DNA from: Eledone cirrhosa
Taxonomy: Eukaryota
Length of the DNA: 64,000 nt
Assembly: GCA_964016885.1 (NCBI GenBank)
Contig: OZ024742.1
Location: 220,534,001-220,598,000, forward strand
Direction: 5' to 3'
Each line of letters begins with the position of its first letter. The stretch's first letter is position 1. Below, in pieces: positions 63,690 to 64,000 of this stretch. A model generated the notes under the pieces. The model made no database searches, was not told the DNA's origin, and saw nothing but the letters and a program-made list of their open reading frames with translations. Both the position numbers and the translations under genes were made by a program.

Positions 63690-64000
63690 TGTTGTTTACT
63701 CTATGCTCGATGTAATTAGTTCTTAGTGTTTGTTCTTGAGCAGCACAGATTGAGGCTTCTGTTTATGGTTTTAGATCATTTTTAGCCATCCATAACCACC
63801 TTTTTTCTCTATCTATCCTATCTTCAACATCTCTATGGAATTGTCCATACATTCTTTTTTCTGTCCATCTAGTTTCAACCCTCTTCAAATGCTTGTACAC
63901 TGTTTTTTCTTTGCAATCTTCTATTTTGCACAGCCCTGACCTTCTTACTTCCAGCAACGGGGGGTCTGTGGAATTTTTTATGTACTGCATCATGTTATTT
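63690..64000 (-). mobile_element. R4-like non-LTR fragment running off the window
   Basis: WTEKRMYGQFHRD..WLW..DLKP*TEASICAAQEQTLRTNYI. Confidence 0.75.

Overview
AT-rich, microsatellite- and transposon-rich animal DNA; the SINE and LINE repertoire suggests a cephalopod (octopus-like) genome, which is inference only. The one intact host gene is a + strand tetraspanin that I spliced by hand from 7 coding exons (11520-49688, 221 aa, all introns phase 0, CCG and PxSCC motifs). Its ~20-kb last intron holds two large tandem arrays: a 29-bp unit over ~4.7 kb and a 50/35-bp unit over ~13 kb. The rest is decayed mobile DNA: Tx1/L1-like, R4/Dong-like, RTE, CR1-like and Penelope retroelements, a complete non-autonomous Helitron, a hAT transposase relic, MITEs and several SINE families. 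The most notable signal is a putative ATTA-targeted retroposition system. Every readable TSD of a young tRNA-derived SINE begins with ATTA, and the SINE ends in AGAAACA, like the better-preserved Tx1-like LINE copy. Two different SINE subfamilies occupy the same nucleotide in two LINE copies, and Tx1- and Dong-like elements pile up at (ATT)n tracts. Two well-formed minimal hammerhead ribozymes and two ~58-bp fold-back palindromes are also present.
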